From Podarcis gaigeae (Eukaryota), in NCBI GenBank assembly GCA_964106915.2, contig OZ066920.1: 64,000 nucleotides of DNA; one strand, written 5' to 3'. The notes below the pieces were generated by a model. It made no database searches. It was not told the origin of the DNA and saw nothing but the letters and a program-made list of their open reading frames with translations. Below are positions 1 through 14,862 of the stretch, in pieces. The translations under genes were made by a program, and so were the position numbers. Numbering within the stretch: position 1 is the first letter of the stretch; each line of letters begins with the position of its first letter.

Positions 1-2029
1 TTTCCGGAAGGGCCTCCTGAAAGTTCTCAGCAAACACCAGGTTCAGAGTAATGGTGGCCGAGAGAGACGGCTGCCCGTTATCCTTCACCATAATGATCAG
101 TCTCTGTTTCACAGCGTCTCTCTCCACAAAGGCCCTGGCGGTCCTGATCTCTCCAGTATGAGAACCAACCGTGAAGAGTGCCGGCTCAGTGGCCTGAGTG
201 AGGTGGTAGGAGAGCCAGGCGTTGTGTCCAGAATCTGCATCCACGGCCACCACCTTGGTGATAAGATAATCTGCCTCGGCTGAACGAGGCACCATCTCAA
301 ACAAGGTTGAGCCCTTGGCTTCTTGTGAGGGGGACAGGATACTAGGGCTGTTATCATTCCTGTCAAGAACAAACACCCTGACGCTCACATTGGTGCTGAG
401 AGGGGGAGAACCCCCATCTTGGGCCTTCACTTGCAGATGGAACTCTCTGAATTGTTCATAGTCAAAGGATCTCTGGGCATAGATGGTGCCGGTCTCTGAA
501 TTAATGGAGATGTAGGAGGAGATGGGAAGCTCCTCGATGTTGCTGTTGAGGATGGAGTACGTGATCCGTGAGTTCTGGTCCATGTCAGAATCAGAGGCTT
601 TGATGGTGAAAATGGAGGCACCTGAAGGATTGTTTTCTGGCACATAGATGCTGTAGGTTGATCTCTGAAATGCAGGGGCATTATCATTGATATCTGAGAT
701 CTGTAGTGAGATTGTTTTGTGTGTGGAAAGAGGTGGGGTTCCTCTATCAGTGGCTGTGATTGTAATATTATATGCAGGAGCTCTTTCTCTGTCCAGGAGA
801 CTGTCTGTCTGGAGCTTGAAGTAATTGTTAGATGAGGGAAGAATTTTGAAAGGTAAATCATCCCGTAAATAGCAAGTGACCTTTCCATTATCTCCACTAT
901 CTCTGTCATTTACATTGATCAGAGCAATAACAGTTCCTGGCAGAGAATCTTCAGGAACAGGACTGAACATGGAGGCTAAAGTCACTTCTGGGGCATTATC
1001 ATTCTCATCAAGCACAGTTATTTCAATGTTGGATTGTGCCACCAATCCACCACCATCTTTGGCTTCTACTGTCATGGTATATTCTTTAGTTTCCTCAAAG
1101 TTGAGCAGTCCCGTAAGAGTGACTATGCCATTAATTGGATCCAAACTGAATTTCTTGTGGGTGTTTGCTGCTATGTTGCTGAATTGATACCTGATCTGAG
1201 CATAAGAGCTTTCGTCTTTATCTGAGGCTACAACCTGGAGCACAAGTGACCCAACAGGAACATTTTCAGGTAAATTGACTTTGTACACCTCCTGAGTGAA
1301 AACAGGTGGGTTGTCATTGGCGTCCGTGACATTAATCCGTATCTGGACAGTCCCAGTTTTTCTTGGTTCACCCCCATCCAAGGCTGTAAGGATCAAGTGA
1401 ATTGTCTGTTCACTTTCTCGATCCATAACTTTAGTTAGCACTAATTCTGCATATTTATTTCCATCTTTTCTCTCCCTTACTTCCAAGGTGAAGTAGTGGT
1501 TGGAGCTCAGCTGGTAATTCTGGAGAGAGTTCAACCCAATATCAGGATCTTCTGCTTTCCCAAGGAGAAATCTGGTTCCTAGAACAGTTGATTCTATGAT
1601 CTCCAAGTTGGTTATATCACTGAGGAACTGTGGTGCATTATCATTAATATCCTGTATAACTATGGTTATATGGAAAACATTTAAAGGATTTTCCATCACC
1701 ACTTCAAAATTAATAAGGCAGAGTGGAGTTGTGCCACATATTTCCTCTCTGTCAATCCTGTCATTTACATAGAGATTTCCATTTTCTGCATTGATACCGA
1801 AATACTGCATTTTGTTCACAGAGGCAGCATGCAGATTGCGCCTTCCTAGATCTCTGGCATTCAGTCCCAAATCTTTGGCGAGATTTCCCACAATTGAACC
1901 CTTTGCCATCTCCTCAGGGATAGAATAGCGAATCTGCTCTGAGGCAGCCCAGCAGGAGAAAGGCAAAAATAAGAGAAGCAGTACTTGCCTTCTGAGTGTT
2001 CTGCCATCCTCTTCCTGCCTTTTGTCCAT
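1..2029 (-). CDS. PCDHGB: Protocadherin gamma-B-like variable exon V1 (subtype X), 3' part outside the window
   Basis: Manual translation from ATG at 2029: [44 protein letters not shown]...; start and end are in the same frame (ends ...[11 protein letters not shown] at the window edge); near-identical to V4/V6/V8/V10 over EC5-EC6. Absent from the ORF track because there is no stop inside the window. Symbol is subfamily-level only. Confidence 0.93.
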   Translation of the reverse strand, partial: MDKRQEEDGRTLRRQVLLLLFLPFSCWAASEQIRYSIPEEMAKGSIVGNLAKDLGLNARDLGRRNLHAASVNKMQYFGINAENGNLYVNDRIDREEICGTTPLCLINFEVVMENPLNVFHITIVIQDINDNAPQFLSDITNLEIIESTVLGTRFLLGKAEDPDIGLNSLQNYQLSSNHYFTLEVRERKDGNKYAELVLTKVMDRESEQTIHLILTALDGGEPRKTGTVQIRINVTDANDNPPVFTQEVYKVNLPENVPVGSLVLQVVASDKDESSYAQIRYQFSNIAANTHKKFSLDPINGIVTLTGLLNFEETKEYTMTVEAKDGGGLVAQSNIEITVLDENDNAPEVTLASMFSPVPEDSLPGTVIALINVNDRDSGDNGKVTCYLRDDLPFKILPSSNNYFKLQTDSLLDRERAPAYNITITATDRGTPPLSTHKTISLQISDINDNAPAFQRSTYSIYVPENNPSGASIFTIKASDSDMDQNSRITYSILNSNIEELPISSYISINSETGTIYAQRSFDYEQFREFHLQVKAQDGGSPPLSTNVSVRVFVLDRNDNSPSILSPSQEAKGSTLFEMVPRSAEADYLITKVVAVDADSGHNAWLSYHLTQATEPALFTVGSHTGEIRTARAFVERDAVKQRLIIMVKDNGQPSLSATITLNLVFAENFQEALPE

Positions 2030-2290
2030 CCAGATGAGAAATTTTCTGCCTCCTTTTCTGCAGCTTGTAGTGACCAGATCAGTTTCTCAATAGCACAGAG
2101 GAAATCTCTGTAAGTAAATATAAACTGCCTTCCTTCTTAGATTGTGAGGACTGGGAGCCTTTTCCTTTTTTTCAGCCAGAGTGCAACGCCTTTGTGTTTT
2201 TCTCTTTGCCCAGTCTGTACAGAACTGATGAAACACTCACTCTGTAGGAGAAGCATAACTAGATCTCCATCCTTTTTTTCTGGCACCACA

Positions 2291-2332
2291 CTGGCCAACA
2301 GTGACACTCTGAGGCTCAGAGAGAGAATTGCA
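2291..2332 (-). promoter_or_regulatory. CSE/CTCF-type promoter element of V1 (core CACT variant)
   Basis: ctggccaacagtgacactctgagg...gagaattgca; the same motif precedes all 11 exons. Confidence 0.8.
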
Positions 2333-3474
2333 AATGTTCTTTTGTTATGAAAATAAAAAGCAGAAATACTACCTGCATGACCATATCTTTGTGTTCCAGT
2401 AAAAAGGACAACTGAAAGAGTCAGATATTTGAGAATGCCCTCCTTTGGTTCTGTTGGCATGAATACTTCATTGCTTTCTAGGCTCAGTTTTTAGATTCTT
2501 TCATGCTGGCCAGTGACTTTTAATGTTTTGGAACTGCTACTGTGACTATGAAGAGAACTTTCAAACTCCATGGTCAGGCAATACCTTCATTATTGCCAAC
2601 AAAAATGCCACAAATTCTAGCTCCTGAAATTGTCATATCAGAAATTTCCAGAGATGCAGTATTTTTACAATTCCGTTTGCAGAAGTATTTACATTTTCTC
2701 AATCAGAAACTCATACCTTATTGGACACTTCTGCCTGACCAGAGATCTCTCTGTGTAACCTTTTTGGGGAAAATGAATAGCGTTAAGGCTGGAACTAGAT
2801 GTTCTTTCAAAGGATGTGTGGCTGGCATCAAAAGTAGCAGTTCTGTGTCTCCCCCTCTCACCAAAAGAACTCAAAGTAAAACAAATGGTGTAACATGATG
2901 CCATTGCTTTCAAAGCTTCACCACCCATGCATGTGGCAACCAATGAAGTGAGGAAAATTGCAACAAGATTCATTAGATGTTACAGATTTTTAAAAACTTT
3001 TGGCGTTGGCATAGTATCCTTCTGCGCGGGACTGTCTCAGATGGGCATTGAGGGCAAGGCAGGTTCTAATGCTAGTGGGACAAGCAGCCAATAAACCCAA
3101 CCACCCATGTATGTACTTCTCTTACTTTGTGACTTTACCAAATACTTGTGTCAGTGACATTGTCTGCATATCATACATACAGGCTGCATTTCCCCCTGGC
3201 TTTGCCACCTTAGCATTATGGAGGATCATGAGCAATCCAGACATCCTAAAACTATGCTGCTGTACAGTTCTAAGATGAGACACCAGATAAGACCACATTT
3301 TCCATCAAGTGACTCTTCTCGGTCTCATGGAGAGATCCTTCCCAGCTATGTTCCTGGATATCCTTTAACTGGAGAGGGTAAGAATTGAATCTGGGACCTT
3401 CTGAGTACAACAAACTATAGAATTCCACTACTCAGCTATAGAATTCCAAATGTGGGGGAGTAGAGATTATTATT

Positions 3475-3818
3475 AAGGTAAAGGTACCCCTGCCCGTTCG
3501 GGCCAGTCTTGCCAGACTCTAGGGTTGTGCACTCATCTCACTCTATAGGCTGGGAGCCAGCGCTGTCCGCAAACACTTCCAGGTCACGTGGCCAGCATGA
3601 CAAGCTGCATCTGGCGAGCCAGCGCAGCACACGGAACGCCATTTACCTTCCCGCTGGTAAGCGGGCCCTATTTATCTACTTGCACCCGGAGGTGCTTTCG
3701 AACTGCTAGGTTGGCAGGCACTAGGACCGAACGGCGGGAGCGCACCCCGCCGCGGGGATTCGAACCGCTGACCATGTGATTGGCAAGTCCTAGGCGCTGA
3801 GGTTTTACCCACAGCGCC
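3475..3818 (-). mobile_element. Sauria SINE (Squam1/POM-type)
   Basis: tRNA-like head (reverse complement of ggattcgaacc, B box) and (ACCTTT)n tail; homologous to the three plus-strand copies but a different subfamily. Confidence 0.85.
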
Positions 3819-5228
3819 TCACCTGTTTATCCCACTTTTCCTCCAAGAAGTTCAGGGCAGCTTAGAGGTATGTGAGTGTGGGATCATTCCATTTTATCTT
3901 CTCAACAACCCTGGAGAAAAGCCAGGCTGAGAGAGATGTGACCAACGCTGCCCAGTGAGCTTCTTTTTGGATGAGTAATTATTTGAACTCAAGATTTCAT
4001 GGTTCAACATTCTGTCCATTGCACCTCAGGCTTCAAATATAGAACCCTCAAAGCTGCCATACTTAAGCATTGCCACAATACACTTATTATTAATATGTCT
4101 ACTTATGTGAAACATATTCTGATCATACTTGAGATACTTTTTCTAGATATATTCTCCTTATTTGCTTTCTCCTAAACTGGTAAAAACATAAACTGAAATC
4201 ACTATGCATAGACTGCTGGTTAAAGATGATATACTCTGTCACATAAAGCCAAATTCCTATAACTAAATATTTAATATTATGGAGAATCAAAGACTGCAAT
4301 GAAATTGGTTTACAAACAGATGACAGTAGGTCCCGGTTCACATGTGCATATTTATCATTTGATGACTGCAGCATCTAGTGTGAACACAGATGTCACACCA
4401 CAAATAAAATGGTTGAATGTTCTGAAACACAAACTCAGCCCACAAATCCAACATATCAGTTCAGCTGCCAAGTGATCAAACTGTGTTCACACAGTTAACA
4501 AGTGATGTAGTTGTTCACATGAACTAGCCCTAGATTTTATACTCAAGGTGTGAAAGCACATAATTAACTCCAAAGGTTTGCATACTTCTTAATAAGATTT
4601 GATTAATGCAGTTGTTGTATAATGACTGTAATGTTTTAATTTAGCATGTTCTAAAGCTTCCCAATCATCTCAAACTCCTGAAGTGTCTCAGGCTTCCATT
4701 GGGAAAATACAGCTGATGAGTTTTGATCATATTATGGGTCTGTCACCATATGTGGGGTTAGAAATGAATTTCCCCATCCACAAGAATGGTGAGTGATAAA
4801 ACCTGGGTATCGTCCTCCCTTAGAAGTGTGTGTCATCTAAGAACTAGGCATACATTATACTTCGAACAAGGCACATAAATGCATAATATTGTTTTGATTT
4901 CAAATCTACTTATATAACAACTATGAAGTAGTTTTTCTTGTCAAAGAGAGTAAGCAAACATTCACTCTGATTCTTTCTTTCCTGGGGGACTCTGACAAAT
5001 ATTTCTTTTGACCAAGAGAAGTCTAGTTTTTATGGGGAAAAGTGGTGTGCTTGTTGTATGTGTGGCGTAGGTATTTTCAAATACCAAAAACTATAAGATT
5101 CTGGTAAAGATAAAATAATATGAGTGGAAGAATGTTCTTCCAACCCCCTCTTCATAAAAGCACATAACAATTAATAGCAGGCATTATATTTAAAACCTCA
5201 GACCCCAGATCTGAAAGGGATAGCTCAC

Positions 5229-7643
5229 CTGTGTATTGGCTGAATCTCCATTACTGCTATTAATATCTTCAGCAATGAGGAAGGGATCCTTTATTTCACA
5301 TGTATCTTTATTGCTCAGAGTATTGGAATAATTTGCCTTAGAAATATTAAACTGACTTTTCCTAGAGTCTGTGGTGAGAGAAACCTCCTGGCAGTAGGAG
5401 TGCAGAAATGCTCGGACTCCGTCAATCCCCACAAACTGTGAGATGGGAGCACCACTGAAATTCACACTCCCCGACTCAAGCAGTTGAGAATTTCTCCACC
5501 TGTGCAACTTGATGGCCAGTAACACAAGGAGGAAAGTGAAGAACAAGCAGGAGACAAAAGCCACTGCAAGGACCAGGTAGAAGGTGAGGTCAGACGGAGG
5601 CTCTACAGGAGCTGAGATGCTGCTAAGGTCTGAGAGGATTGCAGGGATGGTGTCAGCCAGCACCACAGTCAGAGTGGCTGAAGCAGAGAGAGGTGGCTGC
5701 CCATTGTCCTTCACTAAAACCACCAGGCTTTGCTTGAGGGCATCTTTCTCCAGAAAGTAGCGGGCTGTCCTGATCTCTCCCGTGTGGAGCCCCAGAGTGA
5801 AGAGCCCTGGCTCGGTGGCCTTGATCAGCTGGTAGGAGAGCCAGGCATTCTGGCCAGAGTCCGCATCCACGGCCACCACCTTAGTGACCAGGTAGCCTGG
5901 CTCAGAGGAGCGAGGGGCCAGCTCTATCCCTGTGGAACCATCGGTGGGAGGGGAGGGGTACAGGATTTGGGGAGCATTGTCATTCTGGTCCAGGATGAAG
6001 AGAGTCACTGAGACGTTGGAGCTGAGTGGTGGAGAACCTCCGTCCTGGGCCTTGACCAAGAACTTAATCTCCCTCATCTCTTCATAATCAAAAGAGATCA
6101 GGCCATAGACAATCCCAGTCTCAGAGTTAATGGAGAGGAAGGAAGATACTGGGGAGACACTGATGTTGTGCTCAATGATGGAATAAGTGACTCTGGAGTT
6201 CTCTCCACAGTCTGGATCATCGGCCTTCAGGGAAAATATGGAGGCCCCTCTTGGGTTGTTCTCCATTAAATACGAAGTATAAATGGATTGCAGGAAGTGT
6301 GGAGGGTTGTCATTTGTGTCTAAAATCTCAAGTGGAATAACAATTGATGTGGAAAGTGGAGGGGCTCCATGATCCGTGACTGTGACAGTGATGTTGTAGG
6401 CTGCTACCTGCTCTCTGTCCAGGCCTCTTGCTGTCACCAAACTGTAGTAGTTGCCATAGGCTTTTGTCAGTAGAAAGGGGAGATTGCTGGGGATAGAGCA
6501 TGTGACTTCTGCATTTTCTGCCGAATCCTCATCTTGCACATTCAAAAGGGCTATTGCAGTTGCTGGTGGAGAGTTCTCAGGGATGGAGCTGATAAGTGAA
6601 GTTATTTCCACTTTGGGTGCATTGTCATTTACATCAGTAACAAATATCAAAAGTTTAGATTTGTCAAAGAGTTCACCACCATCATGAACCTGGACCTCAA
6701 TTTCATGAAGTGTAGACTCCTCGTAGTCTAAGCCTCTTGCAAGCGTAATTTCCCCAGTTTGTGAATTCAAATGAAATATTTGTGAAGCCCTTTCTGTGAT
6801 CTTTCTGAATGAATATTTCAGTTCCTTGTTGACACCTTCATCCAGGTCAATGGCTTTTAATATAACCACTGTGGTACCAACAGGAACATCTTCCCTAACG
6901 CTTACTTCATAGCTATGATGGCTAAAAACTGGTGCATTGTCATTAGCATCTAAAACTGTCACTTGAATCTGTACAGTTCCTGTCCTGACTGGATCTCCCC
7001 CATCATATGCTGTGAGGACCAGATTATGAATAGCTTCCTCTTCACGGTCCAAAGGCCTTTCCAGTACCAGTTCAGTGTATTGTCTACCGTCAACTGCTTC
7101 TTGCACATTTAGGGAGAAATGGCTACTGTTGCTGAGTTTGTATCCTTGAAGGGTATTGGTGCCCAAATCTAGATCCTGAGCTTCATCAAGGGGAAAGTGA
7201 GTTCCGGGTGCTGTGACTTCACTCATTTTGAGCTCCAGTTTCTCTGAATGGAAGGTGGGAGCGTTGTCATTAATATCTGTGATTTCCACTTCAGCACCAT
7301 ATACTTTCATTGAATCCCCCACTATGGTATCAAAGTGCAAGACACACTTGTCCACTTGTCCACAGAGCACCTCTCTGTCTATTCTCTCTGTGACGTACAA
7401 ATGACCACTCTTATAATTCAAAGCAAAATACTGTGTCCTACCTCGAGAAACAATGCGGACTCCACGGTGTGAGAGCTCTTTTAATTCCAGCTTCAGGTCT
7501 TTTGCGATGGGCCCCACGAAAGAACCTTTTTCTGCTTCTTCAGGGATGGAATAATGAATCTGCCCTATAACAGCTTGCCAAACATGAACCAGAATGAAAC
7601 AAAAGACAGCTCTCCTTCTGCAATCCTGGAAAAAGGATTCCAT
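5229..7643 (-). CDS. PCDHGA: Protocadherin gamma-A-like variable exon V2
   Basis: 817-aa ORF 5190..7643 with six cadherin repeats (DxNDN, LDRE, AxDxG), gammaA signature [41 protein letters not shown] and QFVGIDGVRAFL. Donor CAG|GTGAGC at 5229/5228. Confidence 0.95.
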
Positions 7644-7919
7644 TGCCAGTTGTACTTCTGTGCCAAGGTGAAGATCCTACTTCTTTGACAGAGTGGCTAT
7701 ATTTTAGATTTGTCTGTATGTGACTGAAATTCTTAATATATACACACAGACAACACAGATATCTCTATTGCCTGTATTTTAAAATACAGATTTGATTTGA
7801 TTTAATATAAGATCCTCCAGTTGTTCAGATTCCGTACGTGTGATCTCTCTTTCTGCATTTTCTGTAATGAAGTGGTTGGATGGGAAAGTTGAATCTCTTA
7901 CTAAATTGTTCAGCCTTGG

Positions 7920-7961
7920 TTGGTAAACAGCGACACCCAGAGTCCTAAAACAATAACTTCA
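7920..7961 (-). promoter_or_regulatory. CSE/CTCF-type promoter element of V2 (CGCT core)
   Basis: ttggtaaacagcgacacccagagt; minus strand reads GTGTCGCTGTT. Confidence 0.8.
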
Positions 7962-8913
7962 TCTTCTTGGTGCTTTCTGAAATGCCATTTTCCTTAGTAC
8001 GGTATATTTCTCATCCTGATACATCAGCTGCAAGTACAGTAGATGACCAGATAAAAACTCCCACTCCATTTGTGTGACATTTTTGTAGCAATCCAGGTTC
8101 ATGATTGAATCGCATTTCTGATCATGGAAACCGATTGTTCTCTGCTTATAATCATTATACTGCTATTGTAGGCTGTTACTCTCCACACAGTCTCTTGGAA
8201 GTTGGTAGACACTGTGACGATCTTGTCTGAAATATCATGAAATATATTCCCCTGATATTTTCTGGTACTTTAATAAGCATTTTTTTCTGTTCAGATTTTA
8301 AATAATGTGGAATCCAGCTAGAAACTCACATGTATATATGCATGCACACATGTGATCATAAATCTTTTCTGTGCTATCTAGAATTTAAACCAACTCTCTT
8401 ATAAAAATAGATAACTCTTAAATTATGGGAATAAAATAATGATAAAATATGTTTCCAAAATATTTATTTTTAAAATGTTTATCCCACCCATGCCCCCAAA
8501 TTTGCTCAGAGCAACTCAAGAAATATAAGGATAAGGTAACAGGAAGGGTTGTGCCCATAACATACACATTCATATGCACGTTTACTCAAGGCCAAATACA
8601 TGGTACATTAAAATAGCATGTGTGGACCCTGTGACTTGGATCTGTGCCATGATGCAGGGGGTACCTAATTGGGCCTCATTTCCCTCCAACATGTTGCTTT
8701 GGGTGATCTGCACTGAGGTTATGGCACAGAGAAAAACATTAGACCCACCCATTCTCATGTTGTGGCCCTGATCAAAATTAGAAAACCTTCACGACTCCTT
8801 CTACAAAGAAGAAAATTATATCAGGATCACCAAATGCAGAGCTCCTATGTAACAAGTAGTTTATCTCTCAGAAGATCCACTGCGTTCAAGCATAGGAGTG
8901 TGTGTATGTGTAG

Positions 8914-8915
<2 letters not shown>

Positions 8916-8952
<37 letters not shown>
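8916..8952. repeat. (CA)n microsatellite
   Basis: Direct reading. Confidence 0.95.
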
Positions 8953-8955
<3 letters not shown>

Positions 8956-10931
8956 TCCTGAAGCCTAAGAATTGCTGAATCCTATTTTAAACAATAGTGT
9001 TTTTCTGATTGAAATGTTTACATGCAGTCTCAAACAGGGCAGAGAACTACAAATAAATACAAAAATGGATTTTAAAGGACTCCTAATATTTTTTGTATTA
9101 TAGTTATATGTTGCCTTTCCTCCAATGAGATTACATGGCCCCCCACCCCTCTTTTCTCTTCACAATAGAAATGATGTTGGTTAGGTTGATAGGTCAGTGA
9201 CAGGCTCAAGTTCACCTGGTGAGCTTCATGGCTGAGTGAGGATTTTAACCTGTCTCTCCCCAATCCTTTCATCTCCAAACTTTTAGAATTTTGTTGGAGG
9301 GATTCAAGCACATAATTAAACTGTACTGAAGTGCTCTGCTGCCATTGCACAACAAATCTGTTTGTAAAAAATGGGACTTTTTGTGGTTAGGCAAGTGCTA
9401 GGGAAATGTACTAGAAAGAGCGAGGTGAATGAATGACTCATGGGAAAATGTATAAATGCTGCAGAAACAAATCAGGATCCATGCTCATTGTCACAGAACC
9501 TCCCTGCAAACAAATCAGAACAAGCATGCAAGAAAGTTATAGTCTAACCTCTCCAGTAAGATTTGCGCAAGCAAATCAGGATGACTTCTCAATAAACAGG
9601 TTGTCTCACGGGGCCCCTAGTCCAACAGTCAAACTGCTACACAACAAAAACTTTCTTTCTATAAACACTACATTTCTAGGAGCTTCATCTGACATCAAGC
9701 ATGTCTGTAGGAATGTGATTCTGTCAAGTGTTTAGGGGGGAAAAAACATTTTATCTTATACTGTGTTGTGATGCTAAGTATTACATGAATTGTATTATCC
9801 AATTCTGATTTTGTCACCTAAAACTACATCAGGTATTCTCAAATTCTCTGCTTCTCTCAAATCTTTACCATCTCTTTCTTTCTAAACGGGTTTGAAAACT
9901 AATTCTTTTTTTCTTTTCTTTTTAAAAGAATCATAAAAGTGTAGAGTTATAGCAAATGATTTGAAATGAGTGACCAAAACGATTAAAAAATATGGAGAAA
10001 ATTACCCCCACCCTATCTCTGAAATAAGTTATAGCAAAAAAGCTTTGCAGAATGTTTGGAATATGCATCCACCCTCATCCAGAAACAAAGGATCCACACA
10101 CAGATAACTGGATCTGAACCATCCTAGCTTGTCAGTGCTAAGTTAGTTTTTGCCTCTTTCCTCACCTGATCATTTGGTTTGGGTAGGAAGTTATTTGGTT
10201 AATGTGTGGAATCTTCAAATATTAGATTCCTCTATCCAAAATCTTTAAGAGCACAGCCCAACATCACAGAAGGGTGCTGATTGTTTCAATTCTAAGTTGA
10301 GGATTGGGAATTTGAGCAGGTAGTGACAAGCTATAAGGACAAATTAAAACTGAAGAGATTGCTAATTTTCTGACTATTAGGTGTATAAATAATTCCTCTA
10401 GCATTCACTGCAATTAAAGGTGAAAGAATATTGCAGTATCAAATAGCAGACATTGTAAAGCACCCCAATTTTCATTGCACACAGGGGTGCTATGAAATGA
10501 TACCATAAGATGTGAACCAAGTGGGTTTGATCCAAAATTATTTATTGCTTCCTCTTCCTTCCTCCTTCTCCACTCCCGTCACTTCCAGACTGTGACATAT
10601 ATGCACATTTATCCGCCTTTTAAGTATCCATATAGATGGCAATATGTAGATCTGTAAATAAGTAACTGCAGAGCACGTCTAGAACTACAGTAGGATTAGT
10701 CAGAATTAATATAGATAAAATGAATGCTTCATTAAAGTTGAAGTAACTAGAAAAACAAGGACTATTTAGCATCTGTTATAAAAGAAATTATATCTCTTTT
10801 CCTCAGACTGTACATCATTATGAATCTATTGGAAGATACATCCACTATCTACAATATAGTTCTTCATATATAGACACAGTTTAAAAGTAGTGCAGGAGAT
10901 AATGTGAATAATATCTAGAATGAAAACTCAC

Positions 10932-13352
10932 CATGTTTGTATTATCCATCTCAGAATTAAAATGGTTTTCTCTGCTGCCTGTAGAAGGTGGAGCAGTTTT
11001 GTCATCACAGATAACATTGTCTGCAATCTGAACGTTAGGTGTCAGGAATGCAAACTCATTTTTCCTGGTCTCTGAGGATAGACAGAGCTGGTAGGTGTAG
11101 GGCAAAGTCCCTTCTTCAAAATTCGGTGGGAATACGGTACCAGACTTTGAAAAAGGACTAGGACCAAAACACTGAAGGAACTGAGGACTGCTTGATGTGC
11201 GAAGCTTCGTAACAACTGCCAGAACCACCGTAAGGAGAAATAAGAATGAAATCACAGCTAAAGTCAATACTAAATAAAACTGTAGGTCAGATTGATTATG
11301 TGAATCAATACTTTCACTGCTCACTTCTGGGAGCGCTTCTTGGAAGTTCTCAGCAAACACCAGGTTGAGACTCACGGTAGCGGATAGTGGTGGCTGCCCA
11401 TTATCCTTGACTAAGATGATGAGCTTCTGCTTCACAGCATCTCTTTCCAGAAAAGCCCGGGAGGTCCTGATCTCTCCAGTGTGGGACCCAATTCTGAACA
11501 ATGCTGGCTCTGTAGCCTGAAGCAGGTGGTAAGAGAGCCAGGCGTTATGTCCAGAATCAGCATCTACTGCCACTACCTTGGTCACCAGATAATCTTCTTC
11601 TGCTGAGCGAGGCACCATCTCAAACAAGGATGAACCCTTGACTTCCTGTGAAGGGTAGAGGATTTGAGGATTGTTATCATTCTGATCCACAATGAACACT
11701 TTCACTGTGGTGTTTCTGCTGAGTGGTGGGGAGCCACCATCTTGTGCTTTCACTTGGAACTGAAACTCCCTGATTTGCTCATAGTCAAAGGAGCGTTGGG
11801 CATAGATCATGCCATTTTCTGAGTTAATGGAGATATAAGAGGACAGAGGCAGGTTCTCCATAATACTATTGAGCAGAGAATAAGTGATTTGCGAGTTGTA
11901 CTCTAGATCTGCATCTGTAGCCTTTACACGGAAAATGGAAGTTCCAGCTGGATTGTTCTCTGACAAATATGTGACATAGGAAGATTTTTCAAAAGCTGGG
12001 GGGTTATCATTGATATCTGAAATCTGCAGGGAGATGGTTCTGTGGGTGGAAAGAGGTGGTGCACCTTTGTCTGTGGCTATAATTGTGATACTGTATTCTG
12101 GACTGCTTTCTCTGTCCAAGGGGGCATCTGTAACCAACTTATAGAAGTTATTGGATGTAGCAATTATTCTAAATTGCCAATGACTTTGTAAATGACAAGT
12201 AATGTTCCCATTGTCTCCAGAATCTTTATCGTTTACATTGATAAGGGCTACGAGGGTTCCTATTGCAGAATCTTCAGGAATTGGGCTGGATAAGGAAGCC
12301 AGGATCACTTCTGGGGCATTGTCATTCTCATCTAATAGCTTTATTTCAACACTGCAATGAGTCACTAATCCACCTCCGTCTCTTGCTTCTACTGTCATTG
12401 CATATTTCTCTGCTTCTTCGTAGTCCAACAACTCCTTAACTGTAATTGTCCCATTCTGGGGATTTAGGAAGAATTTTTTGTGAGTGTTTTCAGGGATGTT
12501 GCTAAAACTATATGTGATATGACCATTTGAGCCTTCATCTCTATCTGTGGCTTTCACTTGTATTACTGAAGATCCTTTTGGGGTATTCTCTTTAAGACAG
12601 GCCTTGTACACTTCTTGTGTGAAGATTGGTGAATTATCATTTACATCAATGACACTGATCCATATTTTGGCTGTACCAGTTTTGGCAGGCTTCCCTCCAT
12701 CCAGAGCCATAAGAATTAAATGGAAACTGCTTTCACTTTCTCGATCCAACTGTTTATTCAGTACTAATTCTGCATATTTCTTCCCATCTTCTCTCTCTCT
12801 AGCTTCTACTATGAAATACTGATTGGGCATAAGGTGGTAATTCTGGAGAGAATTTATTCCAACATCTGGATCTTCAGCAAACCCAAGCACAAATCGGGCT
12901 CCTGGCAAAGTGAGTTCACTTGTCTCTAGTTTGATATTCTCATTCACAAAATGTGGTGCATTATCATTGATATCCTGGATCTGTACAGTAACATGAAAAA
13001 TATTCATAGGATTTTCAACCATCACTTCAAAACTAATGAGGCAATATGCATTGCTCCCACATATTCCTTCTCTGTCTATCCTGTCATTTACATATAGATT
13101 CCCATTTTCTGCACTGAGAGAGAAATATTGCTTTTTACCTAGGGAAAGGATATGCAGATTGCGATTTGCTATTTCTCCAGCATTCAGCTCCAAATCTTTG
13201 GCAAGATTTCCTACAATGGAGCCTTTTTCCATTTCCTCAGCGATAGAATACTGAACGTGCTCTGAGGCAGCCTGGCACAACAAGGACAATAACAAGAGGA
13301 GTGCTACTTGCCTTTTTACCGACCCATTTTTCTCTTTGTGCCTGTTGTCCAT
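10932..13352 (-). CDS. PCDHGB: Protocadherin gamma-B-like variable exon V3 (diverged subtype Y)
   Basis: ORF 10881..13391; likely start is the second Met (MDNRHKEK) by alignment to paralogs. gammaB signature [33 protein letters not shown]. Donor ATG|GTGAGT at 10932/10931. Confidence 0.94.
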
Positions 13353-13628
13353 CTGATTTGGTGAGACAATTGCTTTATTCTTTTCTTGCATATTTTCATT
13401 AGATGGAGATTCTCAAGTTCCCATCAAGACCCACAAATCCACAACAAGGAAGTATAAAAGCAGTCACTGTCCCTTTCTATATGTTGCAGTGGTTTTTATT
13501 TCCTTAGCAAAAGTGTTTTAACGTCCCTGTGTTCTACTATCTCCCAGTTCTGCAGTCTGTGGCTGAACAATGGCACTGCAGGAAGCATCGCTTAGCAGAT
13601 TCCATGCAGTACCATGAGATGCAGCACA

Positions 13629-13670
13629 TTAGCCAACAGCGACACTCTGAGTATGAGATGGAGAACTTCA
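13629..13670 (-). promoter_or_regulatory. CSE/CTCF-type promoter element of V3 (CGCT core)
   Basis: ttagccaacagcgacactctgagt...gagaacttca. Confidence 0.8.
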
Positions 13671-14714
13671 TGTGCTGCTTTCCCCCCTTCCTCTAGTGCT
13701 TAGATGTAGAATACAAGAGCAATCTATTTTCAAATGCAGTATGAGAAGGTTTTCTTGATTTGTAACTACTTTCTGGTGTTTTGCTTTTACAGTAGCAGGA
13801 AATGGAAATATATTTCAAGTGCTTTAGAGATGCAACAACCTCCCCATCCCTCAAATTTTCCATCTTCCCTCTGTACTTCCACAGATAACTGATGGAAGAG
13901 ATTGTTAGCACTCAACAACATTTTGTAGCCAATTAATGCAGCTTCTATGTGCAACTCTCCTCTGTAAAACAATACATTTAATAAAATTCAGCGATATTAC
14001 TATTTTTAATGAAAAGGTGAGCAACTAACAGAGCAATCCTATGGAGGTTGGACAGGTGGCATGGATGGCAGAGATAATTGTAGCAGAGGAACCAAGTGAT
14101 GAATAGGGCACAAGATATGAGGTGGCTTTTTTACTTTCCCCATTTTCTTTCTTGTAAAAAAAATATGGTTCCACAGGGAAGGAAAATAACTCCAGGGCTG
14201 GTGTAGTTTCCCACCTATTCCATCCTTGAGTAGGTCTGGGAAACAAGGGATCTAAAGAATCCCTGGAGCACCCCCTTCTTGCCTTTTCCACCCATAGAGC
14301 ACTGCCTGCAACACAGCCATGGCAATGGAGCATTCTGTCACTAGTCAAGGAAGGACCTCTCCAGTGGAGCTTCCGCTCTGCTGTAACCTTCTCTGCTCAG
14401 AGGCAAAGGTCTGCAGAATCCCAACAGAGGACTAAAAAAGTCCTTGCTACTTACTCCAAACTCTTATCCAAATGCTTGCACAAACACTTGTGAAATTCTT
14501 CTAATTCATTTTATGCACGCCAGTTACAGGGTACAAAATACAGAGAGAGGAATAAAACAGAGACCTTTAAAAAGAGTTAACTTTATCATCATTTGTCACT
14601 AAAACGCTGGCCTGTGTTTAAGGTGAATACATAATGGCATGCATGAGTGCTAAATAACAGTTTGGCCAAAGTTTGAACTGTTTGTCAATGTATCTTCAAA
14701 TGCTGTTGTGACAC

Positions 14715-14862
14715 AGAATCATAGAATCGTAGAGAAGGAAGGGACTCTGAGGATCATCTAGTCCATCACTCTGCAATGCAGGAATATGCAGCTGTCCCAT
14801 ACAGGAATAGAACCTACAACCTTGGCATCATCAGCATCATACTCTAACCAACTGAACTATCC
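14715..14862 (-). mobile_element. tRNA-derived SINE with CR1-like 3' tail
   Basis: Minus strand begins ggatagttcagttggttagag (A box) and ends ...gattctatgattct. Confidence 0.7.
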